DNA of 64,000 bases from Candidatus Liptonbacteria bacterium. Lineage in GTDB: Bacteria > Patescibacteriota > Minisyncoccia > UBA6257 > JACOXY01. The notes under the pieces are model-generated. The model searched no databases and had not been told where the DNA came from. It saw nothing but the letters and a program-made list of their open reading frames with translations. The stretch's first letter is position 1. Every line of letters begins with the position of its first letter. The DNA is taken from positions 3,794 to 67,793 of the forward strand of contig JACOXY010000011.1 in the NCBI GenBank assembly GCA_016182095.1, given 5' to 3'. The translations under genes were made by a program, and so were the position numbers. Shown in pieces: positions 44,321 to 54,158 of the stretch.

Positions 44321-45259
44321 TCAGATTAAACCCTCGGCTTTTAAAAGCATCTCCAACCCTCCTCTTAAAGTAACTTTCGGCCGCCAGTCCAAATCCTGCA
44401 TAATTTTGTTGTCGTCCCCCACCAAGCGGTTACGCTCAAGGTCTCCCCGCGAACGGCTCTCTTCGGAGATAAATTCTACTTCTCTTCCGGCATTCTTTAA
44501 AAGATCTTTTATAATATCGGTAACTTCTTGGATGGAATTCACGGCATTAGCGCCAACATTATAAATAGCCCCCGGCGTGCCGCGCGCGAGAAGTAGCGCG
44601 AGAACGTCCGCAACTTCCGTAACATAGATAAAGTCCCTTTCAGGAAAAAGATTGCCGAGTTTTATGCTATTAACGCCCGATTTCAACTGCGAAACAATTT
44701 CCGGAATTACCTGGGGAATTCCGGCAAATGGCCCATAAATACTAAATGGCCGCAAAATAAAATAAGTCATCCCATTTTTTTCACACTCTTCCCGCGCCGC
44801 CCCCTCTCCTTCTAACTTGCTTTTGCCATAAACTTCAAAGGGTTCGGTGGGGTGGGTTTCTTTTATGGGCTCGTCCGATGGCCTGTATACGGAAGAGGTT
44901 GAGATATGTATAAATCGCGGCTTGTCTTGAAGTCTAGCGGCGGCATGAATAACGTTTTTCGCTCCGAGAACGTTAACGGCAAATGCCTTTTGGGGATCTC
45001 TGTTGCAGTCCGGTATAAAGTGAAGCGCGGCCAAAAAATAAACGGCGCCCGGCTTAATCTCATCTGTAAAGTTTTTTACCGCCTCCATATCGCGCACATC
45101 TCCCCGCTTAATCACTATCTTATCTTTCATGTCCTCTAAGTTAGACATTCTGCCGGTTGAAAAATCATCAAAAACCGCCACCGAATGTCCTTCATTTAAT
45201 AATTTCCTTGCAAGATTATTTCCCACAAAACCAGCGCCGCCGAAGAGTAAGGTCGTCAT
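44321..45259 (-). CDS. NAD-dependent epimerase/dehydratase
   Basis: GGAGFVG, LAALHFIP, YGKSK, RDFIYV. Confidence 0.9.
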   Translation of the reverse strand: MTTLLFGGAGFVGNNLARKLLNEGHSVAVFDDFSTGRMSNLEDMKDKIVIKRGDVRDMEAVKNFTDEIKPGAVYFLAALHFIPDCNRDPQKAFAVNVLGAKNVIHAAARLQDKPRFIHISTSSVYRPSDEPIKETHPTEPFEVYGKSKLEGEGAAREECEKNGMTYFILRPFSIYGPFAGIPQVIPEIVSQLKSGVNSIKLGNLFPERDFIYVTEVADVLALLLARGTPGAIYNVGANAVNSIQEVTDIIKDLLKNAGREVEFISEESRSRGDLERNRLVGDDNKIMQDLDWRPKVTLRGGLEMLLKAEGLI

Positions 45260-45353
45260 AATATTTTGATTTTACCTCCTGGAAATATGGAAGTCAAAAT
45301 ACTGGCACACAAAAAAGCCGCTCCAGATGCTGTGCGGAAGCCGCTTCACATAA

Positions 45354-45387
45354 GGACATCGCAAGTCCTTAAGGACTTGCGATGTCC
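45354..45387. repeat. perfect 34-bp palindrome GGACATCGCAAGTCCTT|AAGGACTTGCGATGTCC
   Basis: Read directly; intergenic twin of 6752-6784. Confidence 0.95.
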
Positions 45388-45445
45388 AGAATGTTCCGGT
45401 ATTTTTATGACGCCCTTCGAACAGTCTCAATCCTTATTTTCCAGT

Positions 45446-46171
45446 TTATGAAAAAAATTCGTGAGCGGAAGCATAGCGCTCCGGTGTGCCGATATCCAAG
45501 AATTTTCCGTCAAATATAAATCCAGTAGCCCTCCCGGCCAACCTGGGAAAAACGTCTCGTTCTAAAGAAAACTTTTCGTTGTCGGGAAAATACTTTGCAA
45601 TTTTTTTGTTCATAACATAACAGCCGGCATTTACAAAACTATCCGTCTTCTCCTTATTTTTCTCCGCAAAGGCAGTCATTTCTCCGCTCCGCGCCAATGT
45701 CACGTTTCCACAATCGGCTCTCCCGTTTTTTTCTGCAAGTGCCAGAGAAAGGGGGGGCTGTTTTTTTAGATAATTTTCATAAAACTTTTGAAAATCTAAT
45801 TTAGGAAACGTATCACCATTTATGACAAAAAAGTGCTTGCTTTTTACGCAGGGCAAGGCAAGCTTCACCGCCCCCCCTGTATCCAGGGGCGACTCTTCCT
45901 TAGAAAAAACAAATTCGGCCTCTTGCGCATAGCGGCTTTTTTTAAAATATCTCTCTATGTGCTCCCCCATGTGTCCAGTGCAAAAGATAATCCGGCGAAA
46001 GCCCTGCCGCAGGAGTTCCTTCACCACAAGCGCGAGAAACGGCTTTTTGCCTAATTCCGCCATTGGTTTTGGTCGATCTGAAATAACCGGCCGGAGCCGA
46101 GTGCCTAATCCGCCGCACAAAATCAAAATATCAATGTTATTAAGCAAGTTGAGGGTGCTTTTTCTGCTCAT
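45446..46171 (-). CDS. hddC: D-glycero-D-manno-heptose 1-phosphate guanylyltransferase-like
   Basis: GGLGTRL...PKPMA, NGDT, FSLERD, DIGTPE; adjacent to hddA. Confidence 0.8.
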   Translation of the reverse strand: MSRKSTLNLLNNIDILILCGGLGTRLRPVISDRPKPMAELGKKPFLALVVKELLRQGFRRIIFCTGHMGEHIERYFKKSRYAQEAEFVFSKEESPLDTGGAVKLALPCVKSKHFFVINGDTFPKLDFQKFYENYLKKQPPLSLALAEKNGRADCGNVTLARSGEMTAFAEKNKEKTDSFVNAGCYVMNKKIAKYFPDNEKFSLERDVFPRLAGRATGFIFDGKFLDIGTPERYASAHEFFS

Positions 46172-47141
46172 AGATTATTTGGCTACCGTCATTTTCGAAA
46201 CTAAAGGGAATATGAAGCAGTTTGCTTAAGCTTGTTTTAATTCGGCCGTGCAGTTCTGGATTAGCGAAAAATAGCAGAAATCCTCCGCCTCCCGCGCCCA
46301 GAAGTTTCCCCCCTGAAGCGCCGGCGCCTCTTCCGGCGTCGTAGGCTTCGTCAATAAGAGAGTTGGTTATTTTTGAAGACAGGCTTCTTTTTAACTGCCA
46401 AGTTTCGTGAAGCATTTTTCCAAAATCGTTTAGGTCTCCTCCTTGCAAAACTTTCACTGCGTCATCCACCATGGTGAGCATCGCTTTTAATTCGTTTGAT
46501 TTTTGCGGAGTATTTTTTACCTGTTCAGCCGCTATTTCCGAGGCATAGCGGGAACGGCCAGTGAAAAATAGCATTAGGTGATCCTGAAAAAATTTTTTTC
46601 TCGCATCGCTTAAAATTATGGGCTCGATTTTTATCTTCTCTTTTCCGCCAAAAGAAATTTTATTTAAACCTCCGTAAGCGGCGGCAACCTGATCTTGGCA
46701 GCCAACATTTTCCCTTAGTAAATTCTGCTCAATGTGTATCGCATCCTTGGCAAGCCTTTCCCGACTTACTCTTTCTCCTTTCAGAGCGCTCAAGGCGTGC
46801 AGAAGACCAACGGTGAAGGAGGAGCTAGAGCCCATTCCGGAACGAGCCGGCAAATCGTCAAAATTATGGATTTCAACCCCATCTTTTATGCCCACAAAAT
46901 TTAAGGCGTGTCTTACAACCGGATGCTCTATCTCATCTACTGAATTCACAAGTTCAACTTTTGAATAAGCAATCCTTGAGCGGTGATCAAAAAACTGCGG
47001 CAAAAACCTCGCGCTGATATGGCAATATTTATCTATTGAAGTGGAAAGCACGGAACCGCCGCCACTGCTTTCAAACCAGGCTGGATAGTCGGTGCCTCCG
47101 CCAAAAAAAGAAATTCGGAGAGGACTTCTGGTAATTATCAT
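46140..47141 (-). CDS. hddA: D-glycero-D-manno-heptose 7-phosphate kinase (GHMP)
   Basis: PLRISFFGGGTD, GMGSSS, QDQ, GGKLLGAGGGGF. Confidence 0.88.
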   Translation of the reverse strand: MIITRSPLRISFFGGGTDYPAWFESSGGGSVLSTSIDKYCHISARFLPQFFDHRSRIAYSKVELVNSVDEIEHPVVRHALNFVGIKDGVEIHNFDDLPARSGMGSSSSFTVGLLHALSALKGERVSRERLAKDAIHIEQNLLRENVGCQDQVAAAYGGLNKISFGGKEKIKIEPIILSDARKKFFQDHLMLFFTGRSRYASEIAAEQVKNTPQKSNELKAMLTMVDDAVKVLQGGDLNDFGKMLHETWQLKRSLSSKITNSLIDEAYDAGRGAGASGGKLLGAGGGGFLLFFANPELHGRIKTSLSKLLHIPFSFENDGSQIIYEQKKHPQLA

Positions 47142-47240
47142 AAAAAAACATTTTCATTGGGCATTAATGAATACTTTAACCATAAAACTTTTTTGATGTT
47201 TTGCAAATATTTACAAAAGATAAAAAAATTGTATAAAAAA

Positions 47241-47268
47241 CCCCGAACCAATGTTCGGGGCGCTTTTT
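47241..47268. terminator. intrinsic terminator-like hairpin after the transketolase genes
   Basis: CCCCGAAC-CAAT-GTTCGGGG flanked by A/T tracts. Confidence 0.65.
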
Positions 47269-48194
47269 TATGTCCAGTTCAAAATTTTTTGCGTGACACT
47301 CTCGACATCTAATCCATATTTCTTCCAAATAACTTCTCTGCCGCCAAGATCGAAAACAAAGGTGTCCCTCTGTCCGATGCGAAGAAGAGGCTTCCTATAA
47401 TCGTTATCCACAAAAACTTCCGCAATGGCACTGCCCATGCCTCCAGCCAGAAAATCTTCTTCAAGAGTGACAACCTTGTCCACTCCTTCCAGATATTGGA
47501 ACAGAAAATTCTGGTTAATGGGCTTTAGGCGGAATAGATCAATTACTCGCGCGCTGACTCCTTTTTCTTCAAGCTGGTCTGCAACCCTACACGCCTGATG
47601 AACCATGACACCAGTAGAGATAATGGCAACATCTTTGCCTTTACACGCCAAACCAACACCGGAGCAAAAATCAATCTTATTGTTTTCATAAAGATTCGGC
47701 AGGTAACCCCTGTCAAACCTGATGTATTGGGGACCGTTATGGTTGTAAGAAATTTCGGCCAAAGCTTCCGCGGTCATATTATCGGCAGGACTCCAAATCG
47801 TAAGATTAGGCCAAACGCGCATCGCGGCTATTACTCCAACTGCGTGGTGAGTCGGCCCCATGATGTCATAAGCATAACCAGCTCCTACGCCAAGCGCAGT
47901 GATGGGTAGATTCATGGCGCACATATCAAGCTTTACGAACTCCAGGCATCTAAGCGTGATAAAAGGGTCAATGGCATAAATCCAAACCCTTCTTCCTTCT
48001 AAGGCGTGGCCGCAAGCCATTCCAACCGCCTGCTCTTCGGCAATTCCGACATTTCGAAACTGTCCGGGAAGTTCGGAAATTTGGTCCATGCTTTTGGCGC
48101 CATTATCGGCGCTGATCAGCATCGTTTTCTTATCTTTCAAAAAGACTTTATATAATGCGTCAAAAAAGGCATCCCGTTGAACTAAGCCCTTCAC
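47268..48194 (-). CDS. transketolase, C-terminal subunit
   Basis: NVGIAE, GPTHHA, YIR, VTLEE...GGMGSA. Confidence 0.9.
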   Translation of the reverse strand: MKGLVQRDAFFDALYKVFLKDKKTMLISADNGAKSMDQISELPGQFRNVGIAEEQAVGMACGHALEGRRVWIYAIDPFITLRCLEFVKLDMCAMNLPITALGVGAGYAYDIMGPTHHAVGVIAAMRVWPNLTIWSPADNMTAEALAEISYNHNGPQYIRFDRGYLPNLYENNKIDFCSGVGLACKGKDVAIISTGVMVHQACRVADQLEEKGVSARVIDLFRLKPINQNFLFQYLEGVDKVVTLEEDFLAGGMGSAIAEVFVDNDYRKPLLRIGQRDTFVFDLGGREVIWKKYGLDVESVTQKILNWT

Positions 48195-49084
48195 AGCGCA
48201 CCTCCTTTTAAAGCTTGGGCTTCGAGTTTTTGTTCTTCTTCGCGAAGGCCCGCCATTACTGCTTCAAGGATCTCGCCTGTAGGAACTTTATAGTGCCACC
48301 CGCGTTTTCCTTCAATTGCCGAAGCTCCCTTGCCTTTAATGGTTTCCATTAGAACAGCAAGCGGCTTACTGGAGTTTCTGCCACGGATACTGCTTAAAGC
48401 TTTAAAAATTTCCGGGAACGAATGTCCGTTTGCCGTACGAGTTTCAAAACCGAAAGCTTGAAATTTTTCTGGTAAAGGATCCATATAAACGTCTCGCTGA
48501 GTTTCACAGCTGTCCGTAAATCCGATAGTAAATTGATGATTTCTGTTTACAATCAAAACCAAATTATTAAGCCCCAGGCGGCGCGCGGTTAGCATCGCTT
48601 CCCAGTTTGAGCCTTCATAAAGTTCACCATCTCCCGTAAGACAAATAGTGAGCCACGACTTTCCATCAAGCTTGGCTGAATCAGCCATGCCGGTCGCAAT
48701 CGGCAAACCATGGCCTAAGGATCCGGTCAAAACATCAATACCTTTGGTGTGTGGCTCGGAATGAACGCCTAAAGTGCTTTCTTCACCCAAAAAATTATCA
48801 AGGTCTTTAAGCGGGAAGAATCCAACATCGGCAAGGACAGGATAAAGGCCGAGGCCCGCCTGTCCTTCGCTCAAGATAAATCTATCGCGATTTTCCCATT
48901 GAGGATTTTCGGAATCAAAGTTCAAAATCTTCCCGTGATAAAGCGCGACAAAGAGCTCTGCCAATGAAAAGGCCGTGGTTACGTGGCCACTCTTACCCTT
49001 AACCGCCATTTCCAAAACTGTTCTGCGCAACCAATTTGCTTTTCTTTTTAAGTAAAGGAGTTCGCCCTTATTTATCTTTTCCAT
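48191..49084 (-). CDS. transketolase, N-terminal TPP-binding subunit
   Basis: RDRFILS, TGSLGHGL, GDGE..EG..WEA, T.KGKG. Confidence 0.92.
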   Translation of the reverse strand: MEKINKGELLYLKRKANWLRRTVLEMAVKGKSGHVTTAFSLAELFVALYHGKILNFDSENPQWENRDRFILSEGQAGLGLYPVLADVGFFPLKDLDNFLGEESTLGVHSEPHTKGIDVLTGSLGHGLPIATGMADSAKLDGKSWLTICLTGDGELYEGSNWEAMLTARRLGLNNLVLIVNRNHQFTIGFTDSCETQRDVYMDPLPEKFQAFGFETRTANGHSFPEIFKALSSIRGRNSSKPLAVLMETIKGKGASAIEGKRGWHYKVPTGEILEAVMAGLREEEQKLEAQALKGGAL

Positions 49085-49128
49085 TTTCCTATACCTCCTA
49101 TTTCCGATACCTCCTATAAACTGCCATC

Positions 49129-49201
49129 AGTATATGCACAGGCCATCAAAATAGTCAATTATTTGTAGCCCCTTGCAAAGAGCCTGGAAATTTTGTATAG
49201 T
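49129..49201. promoter_or_regulatory. divergent promoters: minus TTGACT-18-TATACT, plus TTGCAA-17-TATAGT
   Basis: Between the transketolase and radical SAM genes. Confidence 0.6.
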
Positions 49202-49238
49202 TTGTTTTAGTAAATAAACAAACATCGAGAGGAACAAA

Positions 49239-50753
49239 ATGGGTCGGAATATGGATGTACTGCTAATAGCTCCGGGTGATAGAATCGAAATTTACCAGGC
49301 TCTTGGAAAAAGTCAGAGCGCCTTGGAAACGCCGGTCTGGGCCGGACTTCTGGCAACTTTCTTAAGAAAAAAGGGTTACTCGGTACACATAATCGACGCC
49401 AATGCGGAGGGGCTTGAAGCCAACGAAGTAGCCAGGCGCGCCGCGGAAGTAAATGCCGTTTTGAATGTAATCGTGTGTTACGGCCACCAGCCGAACGCCT
49501 CGACTCAAGTCATGCCTCACGCGGGAAGAATTGTAAGAGCAATAAAAGAAGAAAATTCGAGCCGCAAAGTCATTATGGTGGGTGGCCATGTAGCGGCTCT
49601 GCCGGAACAAACACTACGCGAAGAGATGGCGGATTTCGTCTGTACTGGAGAGGGGCCTTATACGCTGTCTGCCCTTACCGAAGCTTTGAAAAACAACGCT
49701 ACGGATTACAAGGAAGTTCCCGGGGTTATTTATAGGGAAGATGGTGGCGTTATCAGAACCAAGCCCGCAAAAAATGTGACCAAGCTTGATGAAGAAATGC
49801 CGGGAATGGCTTACGACCTGCTGCCGATGCATCTCTACAGAGCTCACGGATGGCATTGCTATGGGCACGACGACAAACGTGAGCCCTACGCATCACTTTA
49901 CACGACGCTGGGATGCCCATTTCACTGCACATTTTGTCCAATTCAGGCGCCATTCAAAGAGGGAGAGAGTGCGCTGGGGTACAAGCCCTCCCTTAATAGT
50001 TATCGTAGGTGGAGCGCCAAAACTATTGGGGATCAACTTGAACTTTTGGCAAAAAATTATGGAATTTATAATGTTAAATTCGCGGATGAAATGTTTGTTT
50101 ATCACAAGCGCCATGTTTTAGAGCTCTGTAATGATATTATCGGCCGCGGGCTTGATCTAAATACATGGGCCTACGTGCGCATCGATACTGCCGGAGACGA
50201 CGAACAGCTTGAGTTGCTGCGGAAGGCGGGCGTGCGCTGGCTCTGCCCGGGAATCGAGTCTGGCGACACCAAGGTGCGAGATGATGTGGATAAGAGCTTT
50301 GCTCAAGAGAGCATTTTTACCACCATAGAACGCATCAGAAAACATGGCATTTATGTTATCGGCAACTATTTATTCGGCCTTCCAGAAGATGATTTGAATA
50401 GCATGCAGAAAACGCTCACACTTGCCATGGAACTAAATTGCGAGCATGCCAACTTCTATTCGGCGATGGCATATCCCGGATCACAGCTTTATCGGTACGC
50501 CTTGGAAAAGCAATGGCCCCTGCCAAAGAGCTGGGGTGGATTTTCCCAGCATTCCGTGGATTCAGCTCCGCTTCCCACAAACCACCTCACAGGAGCGCAA
50601 GTGCTTGAATTCCGCGACTGGGCATGGACCACATATTTCACAAATCCTAATTACTTGGCAATGGTTGAACGAACTTTCGGCAAAAACACCGCCGACAAGA
50701 TCAGGAAGAAAGCCACAGTTAAACTCGTAAGAAATAATGTCCCCGTAAAGTAA
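49239..50753 (+). CDS. cobalamin-binding radical SAM protein
   Basis: N-terminal B12 domain (GGH...P, GEG), GCPFHCTFC. Confidence 0.92.
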   Translation: MGRNMDVLLIAPGDRIEIYQALGKSQSALETPVWAGLLATFLRKKGYSVHIIDANAEGLEANEVARRAAEVNAVLNVIVCYGHQPNASTQVMPHAGRIVRAIKEENSSRKVIMVGGHVAALPEQTLREEMADFVCTGEGPYTLSALTEALKNNATDYKEVPGVIYREDGGVIRTKPAKNVTKLDEEMPGMAYDLLPMHLYRAHGWHCYGHDDKREPYASLYTTLGCPFHCTFCPIQAPFKEGESALGYKPSLNSYRRWSAKTIGDQLELLAKNYGIYNVKFADEMFVYHKRHVLELCNDIIGRGLDLNTWAYVRIDTAGDDEQLELLRKAGVRWLCPGIESGDTKVRDDVDKSFAQESIFTTIERIRKHGIYVIGNYLFGLPEDDLNSMQKTLTLAMELNCEHANFYSAMAYPGSQLYRYALEKQWPLPKSWGGFSQHSVDSAPLPTNHLTGAQVLEFRDWAWTTYFTNPNYLAMVERTFGKNTADKIRKKATVKLVRNNVPVK

Positions 50754-50764
50754 GTAAAAAATCG

Positions 50765-50792
50765 GTCCGCTGTTTTCACGGCGGACTTTTTT
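50765..50792 (+). terminator. intrinsic terminator
   Basis: GTCCGC...GCGGAC followed by a T tract. Confidence 0.7.
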
Positions 50793-50823
50793 GTTTTAAA
50801 AGGATCCAGGCCTCTCTGCCGAT

Positions 50824-51402
50824 TTAGGGGGTTCTTTTTAAAATATTTTCAACTTTTTTCACAAAAGAAGCCATCCCCTTTCTCATGATTATTTTCTTAA
50901 GTTTCTGTTTTTCGCTGTCAAACTGGATATAGCCCACATGGTCTTCGCCTGGATACTTGAAATCTATTGAAACATCTTCCCAAAGTTTTTTTAGACGATC
51001 ATAGACGGCGATATCAGCGGGGTCGGAGAGAAGCGCGTCCCCTTTGGTTCTGCGCCGCATACGCTCTTTGGCAATCTTTTCGCTACAGACCACTTCTAAT
51101 ACAAGCGCCCGCTTCCCGCAGCCAGAAGCTACGCCATATAACTGATGCCTTCTGAAAAGATAGCGGTTCACAGAATCAATAATAACGCCCTTGCCCAACC
51201 GCAGATATTTTGCCGCGAGAACATCTATCTCCCGTAGTGTTGCGTCCTGTGATTTGGGCATACGCTTTATGCCACGCCTGCGGCGAATCTCATTTTGGTC
51301 TATAAGAATATAACTCGATAACTCCTTTTCCAGGAGGCGAGCTCGAACAGTTTTCCCCGCTCCAGGAAGGCCGCAGATCAATATAAGAAACTTTTCTTGC
51401 AT
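50824..51402 (-). CDS. P-loop kinase (AAA_33-like)
   Basis: GLPGAGKT, VIIDS. Confidence 0.8.
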   Translation of the reverse strand: MQEKFLILICGLPGAGKTVRARLLEKELSSYILIDQNEIRRRRGIKRMPKSQDATLREIDVLAAKYLRLGKGVIIDSVNRYLFRRHQLYGVASGCGKRALVLEVVCSEKIAKERMRRRTKGDALLSDPADIAVYDRLKKLWEDVSIDFKYPGEDHVGYIQFDSEKQKLKKIIMRKGMASFVKKVENILKRTP

Positions 51403-51445
51403 TAAATATACTATGAGACTTTATGAAAAATAAGTCAATAAAAAA

Positions 51446-51469
51446 GCCGAGAAACAGGGGTCTCTCGGC
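51446..51469 (-). terminator. intrinsic terminator after 51522-51899
   Basis: GCCGAGA...TCTCGGC preceded on + by an A tract. Confidence 0.6.
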
Positions 51470-51521
51470 ATTGTGACTAAAGCAAACCAGATCAGATCAG
51501 ATTTTCGCTGCTATCCCCGCA

Positions 51522-51899
51522 TCACGAAGCAATCGCGTTTTTTATAGCGCGGATGCTTTGCAGTTCTCTGGAAGATCCCCGATTCTCAACAAACTCAAGT
51601 AGGTCGTCAAGGGGATGTTCCTCGTTTTTCGCATAAATGCTATAATTCTCGATCCACTCCTCCTTTGCCAGGACTTGTCCTGATACATCCAACAGCTCTA
51701 CTGTTTTGACCAAACCATCGTCGCAACCTGAGGTTAGACTAGATAAATCGGTTCTTGTGATGCGCAGAATTACAGGCGAACAATTTTCTCCAGTAAACTT
51801 GAAAACGCCGTTTTGCCCCAGAACGGGCTCTACCTCCATCATAACTACCCTGTCTACTAACTCTTGCCAAGCTCTCAAAGATGCTTGCTGTGATGCCAT
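51522..51899 (-). CDS. hypothetical protein
   Basis: 125 aa ORF with purine-rich leader and its own terminator. Confidence 0.55.
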   Translation of the reverse strand: MASQQASLRAWQELVDRVVMMEVEPVLGQNGVFKFTGENCSPVILRITRTDLSSLTSGCDDGLVKTVELLDVSGQVLAKEEWIENYSIYAKNEEHPLDDLLEFVENRGSSRELQSIRAIKNAIAS

Positions 51900-52055
51900 A
51901 CTATCTTTCTCTCTTTCTCTAACTTGCGATTTACTGCTGGCATCATATTATATCTAAACCCCAAAAATGTCAATAGCATTGCACACACACAACATTGACA
52001 TTAAGCCCAGTAGATTGTTACCATAGCCACAGTTACTTATTGAAAGGGATTGGGC

Positions 52056-52829
52056 GTGAAAACATCGGAAGTTGGTTCGTTCACAATTAATTTAGCAAAA
52101 AGAGCGGGGGGGCTTATTTTTGATTTCCATAAACGAAGACTTGAGCAAATTTGGGCAGATCGCACTCACTTTAAAACCGCAGCTGACGACGCCAGCGATA
52201 AGTTAATAAGAGAAGCTATTGCCGCTGCTTTTCCTCATCACAACATACATTCCGAAGAGGGTGGATATTTAAATAGAAATTCCGAATACACCTGGGTATG
52301 CGACGCCGTAGACGGAACTATAAATTTATGGAGTGGGTTTACAGATCACTTTGCGGTATCCTTAGCCCTTTGTCAGAATAATGTACCCATTGTTGGTGTG
52401 GTTTATGCCCCCAAAAGACATGAGTTATATTTCGCAGAACAGGGGTTGGGCGCCTATTTAAACGGCAAACCAATTTGTGCTTCAAAAGAAATTAATATTA
52501 ACCATGTTTTAATGGGAGTGGATGCGGGGAAAAAAAATAGAACAGATCATCTGCTAATTTTGGATAGTCTGCTCCAAGATAGCGGAATTAATTGTGACCT
52601 AAGAACGGGCTGCGCTTCTGTGCCGCTCTGTCTTGCCGCAAGCGGAGCAATTCATGCTTATATGGCAACGAGCTTAGAACCAGAAGACATGGCGGCAGCA
52701 GTTATTATAAACAAAGAGGCCGGCAACAAAGTAACCAACATAGAATGCGGAGATTGGAAATTGGGTGATAAATCAATTTTGACTGCAAACCCAGAATTAC
52801 ATCAAAAAATTTTAAAGTTAATAAGTTGA
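52056..52829 (+). CDS. inositol monophosphatase family protein
   Basis: SEE, WVCDAVDGT.N, D.AAA; TTGACA promoter at 51995. Confidence 0.9.
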   Translation: MKTSEVGSFTINLAKRAGGLIFDFHKRRLEQIWADRTHFKTAADDASDKLIREAIAAAFPHHNIHSEEGGYLNRNSEYTWVCDAVDGTINLWSGFTDHFAVSLALCQNNVPIVGVVYAPKRHELYFAEQGLGAYLNGKPICASKEININHVLMGVDAGKKNRTDHLLILDSLLQDSGINCDLRTGCASVPLCLAASGAIHAYMATSLEPEDMAAAVIINKEAGNKVTNIECGDWKLGDKSILTANPELHQKILKLIS

Positions 52830-52915
52830 TAATTCCCTTATCAAAATTGCGCTTCAGGCGCAATTTTTTGTTCTTGACCTTAGCGAATAAAAAAGTTAGG
52901 ATACGAACGTACATT

Positions 52916-53422
52916 ATGGCTCAAATTGAACCAAAAGACCTTCCTCTAATCAGGGAAAAACATTGCAATCAAAAAATCGTTTATTGTTCGGGTGTTTTTG
53001 ATCTTATACATCCGGGACATGTGCTGTTTTTTGAGGATTGCAAAAAATTTGGGGATGTTTTAGTTGTTGGAGTGGGCGGGGACACAAATTTAAAAAAAAT
53101 AAAGGGCAATGACCGGCCGATTATGAATAAATACATGCGCATGAAAATGGTCGATTCACTAAAACCAGTTGACTATTGTTTTTTGAGTTCCCATACGCCA
53201 GTCAATCATCCGTTAGAATTTATTGAAACGGTTTTTAAATTATTGAAGCCCGATACATACATAATCAACGCAGATGCTTCAGAAATTCTCTATCGCGAAG
53301 AAATGGCAAAAAAAAATAACGTTGGTTTAAAAATTTTACCTCGGTGGTGCCCTGATGAATTTGAAAATATCTCAACTACTAAACTTATAGAAAAAATTAA
53401 AGGCGGAAATAGGACTTTTTGA
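52916..53422 (+). CDS. cytidylyl/adenylyltransferase (TagD / HldE domain II-like)
   Basis: GVFDLIHPGH, KG..RP, ISTT; promoter TTGACC-17-TAGGAT at 52874-52902. Confidence 0.88.
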   Translation: MAQIEPKDLPLIREKHCNQKIVYCSGVFDLIHPGHVLFFEDCKKFGDVLVVGVGGDTNLKKIKGNDRPIMNKYMRMKMVDSLKPVDYCFLSSHTPVNHPLEFIETVFKLLKPDTYIINADASEILYREEMAKKNNVGLKILPRWCPDEFENISTTKLIEKIKGGNRTF

Positions 53423-53477
53423 CGAAATAAGTAAAGTTTGTTATATTCCGTGTAGCATACAGTATTGGGAGGGAGAA

Positions 53478-54047
53478 ATGGGGAAGCCTACATTGAAAGC
53501 TCCGGTGCCCGGCGAGATCCGTACGGTGATTAAAGCATATGGAAGACACGTGTATTTTCAAAACTTTTTATTACCAAATGGGCAAACAATAGAATACCTT
53601 CTTCATGGTGGCGGTTCCGCAAATGCCGTAATGATTCTAGCAATCACAAAAGCCGGTAACGTTATCGCGGTAAATCAGTTTCGCTATGGCCCAAAAAATT
53701 TTGTTTTAGAGGTTCCCGGAGGAAACAAAAAAGGGGCGCAGAGCCTGGAAGAAGCTTTATCTGCCGAACTAATGGAAGAAACTGGATATGAGCACGGAGA
53801 ATTGATATGGTTAAGTAATAATGGGGTTTATTTTGACCCTTCATGTTCCGGGAGCCAATTTGCCGCCGCGCTAGCGATAGACTGTGTTCAGACAGCGGAA
53901 CCAAATCCAGAACCCAGTGAAATTCTGGAAACAATAGAAATTCCGCTAAAAGATTGGGTAGCTAAAATTTTTAGAGGAGAGATTAGAGACTCCAAAACTA
54001 TCACCACAACTTTTCTGGCTCTCCCGCGCTTGGGTTGGAAAATTTAG
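53478..54047 (+). CDS. NUDIX hydrolase
   Basis: QFRY, EVPGG...ELMEETG; promoter TTGACG-17-TATATT at 53419-53447. Confidence 0.9.
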   Translation: MGKPTLKAPVPGEIRTVIKAYGRHVYFQNFLLPNGQTIEYLLHGGGSANAVMILAITKAGNVIAVNQFRYGPKNFVLEVPGGNKKGAQSLEEALSAELMEETGYEHGELIWLSNNGVYFDPSCSGSQFAAALAIDCVQTAEPNPEPSEILETIEIPLKDWVAKIFRGEIRDSKTITTTFLALPRLGWKI

Positions 54048-54052
54048 GCATT

Positions 54053-54082
54053 AAAACTCGCAAATATTGTTTGCGAGTTTTT
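54053..54082 (+). terminator. intrinsic terminator
   Basis: AAAACTCGCAAA...TTTGCGAGTTTTTT. Confidence 0.8.
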
Positions 54083-54091
54083 TGACAGGAA

Positions 54092-54120
54092 ATTGACAAA
54101 AAAAAAGTAAATGATAGAAT
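54092..54120 (+). promoter_or_regulatory. promoter TTGACA-17-TAGAAT (TGn) with an A10 run in the spacer
   Basis: Consensus match; GAGGA RBS before ATG 54159. Confidence 0.75.
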
Positions 54121-54158
54121 GCCAGTAGTTAATTTTACTTAGAAAGATAGAGGATAAA

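Noticed and set aside
45266-45451. 61-aa ORF spanning the GGACATC palindrome
   Set aside because: TTG start, no motif, and the apparent similarity to the carbamoyltransferase comes only from the shared palindrome.
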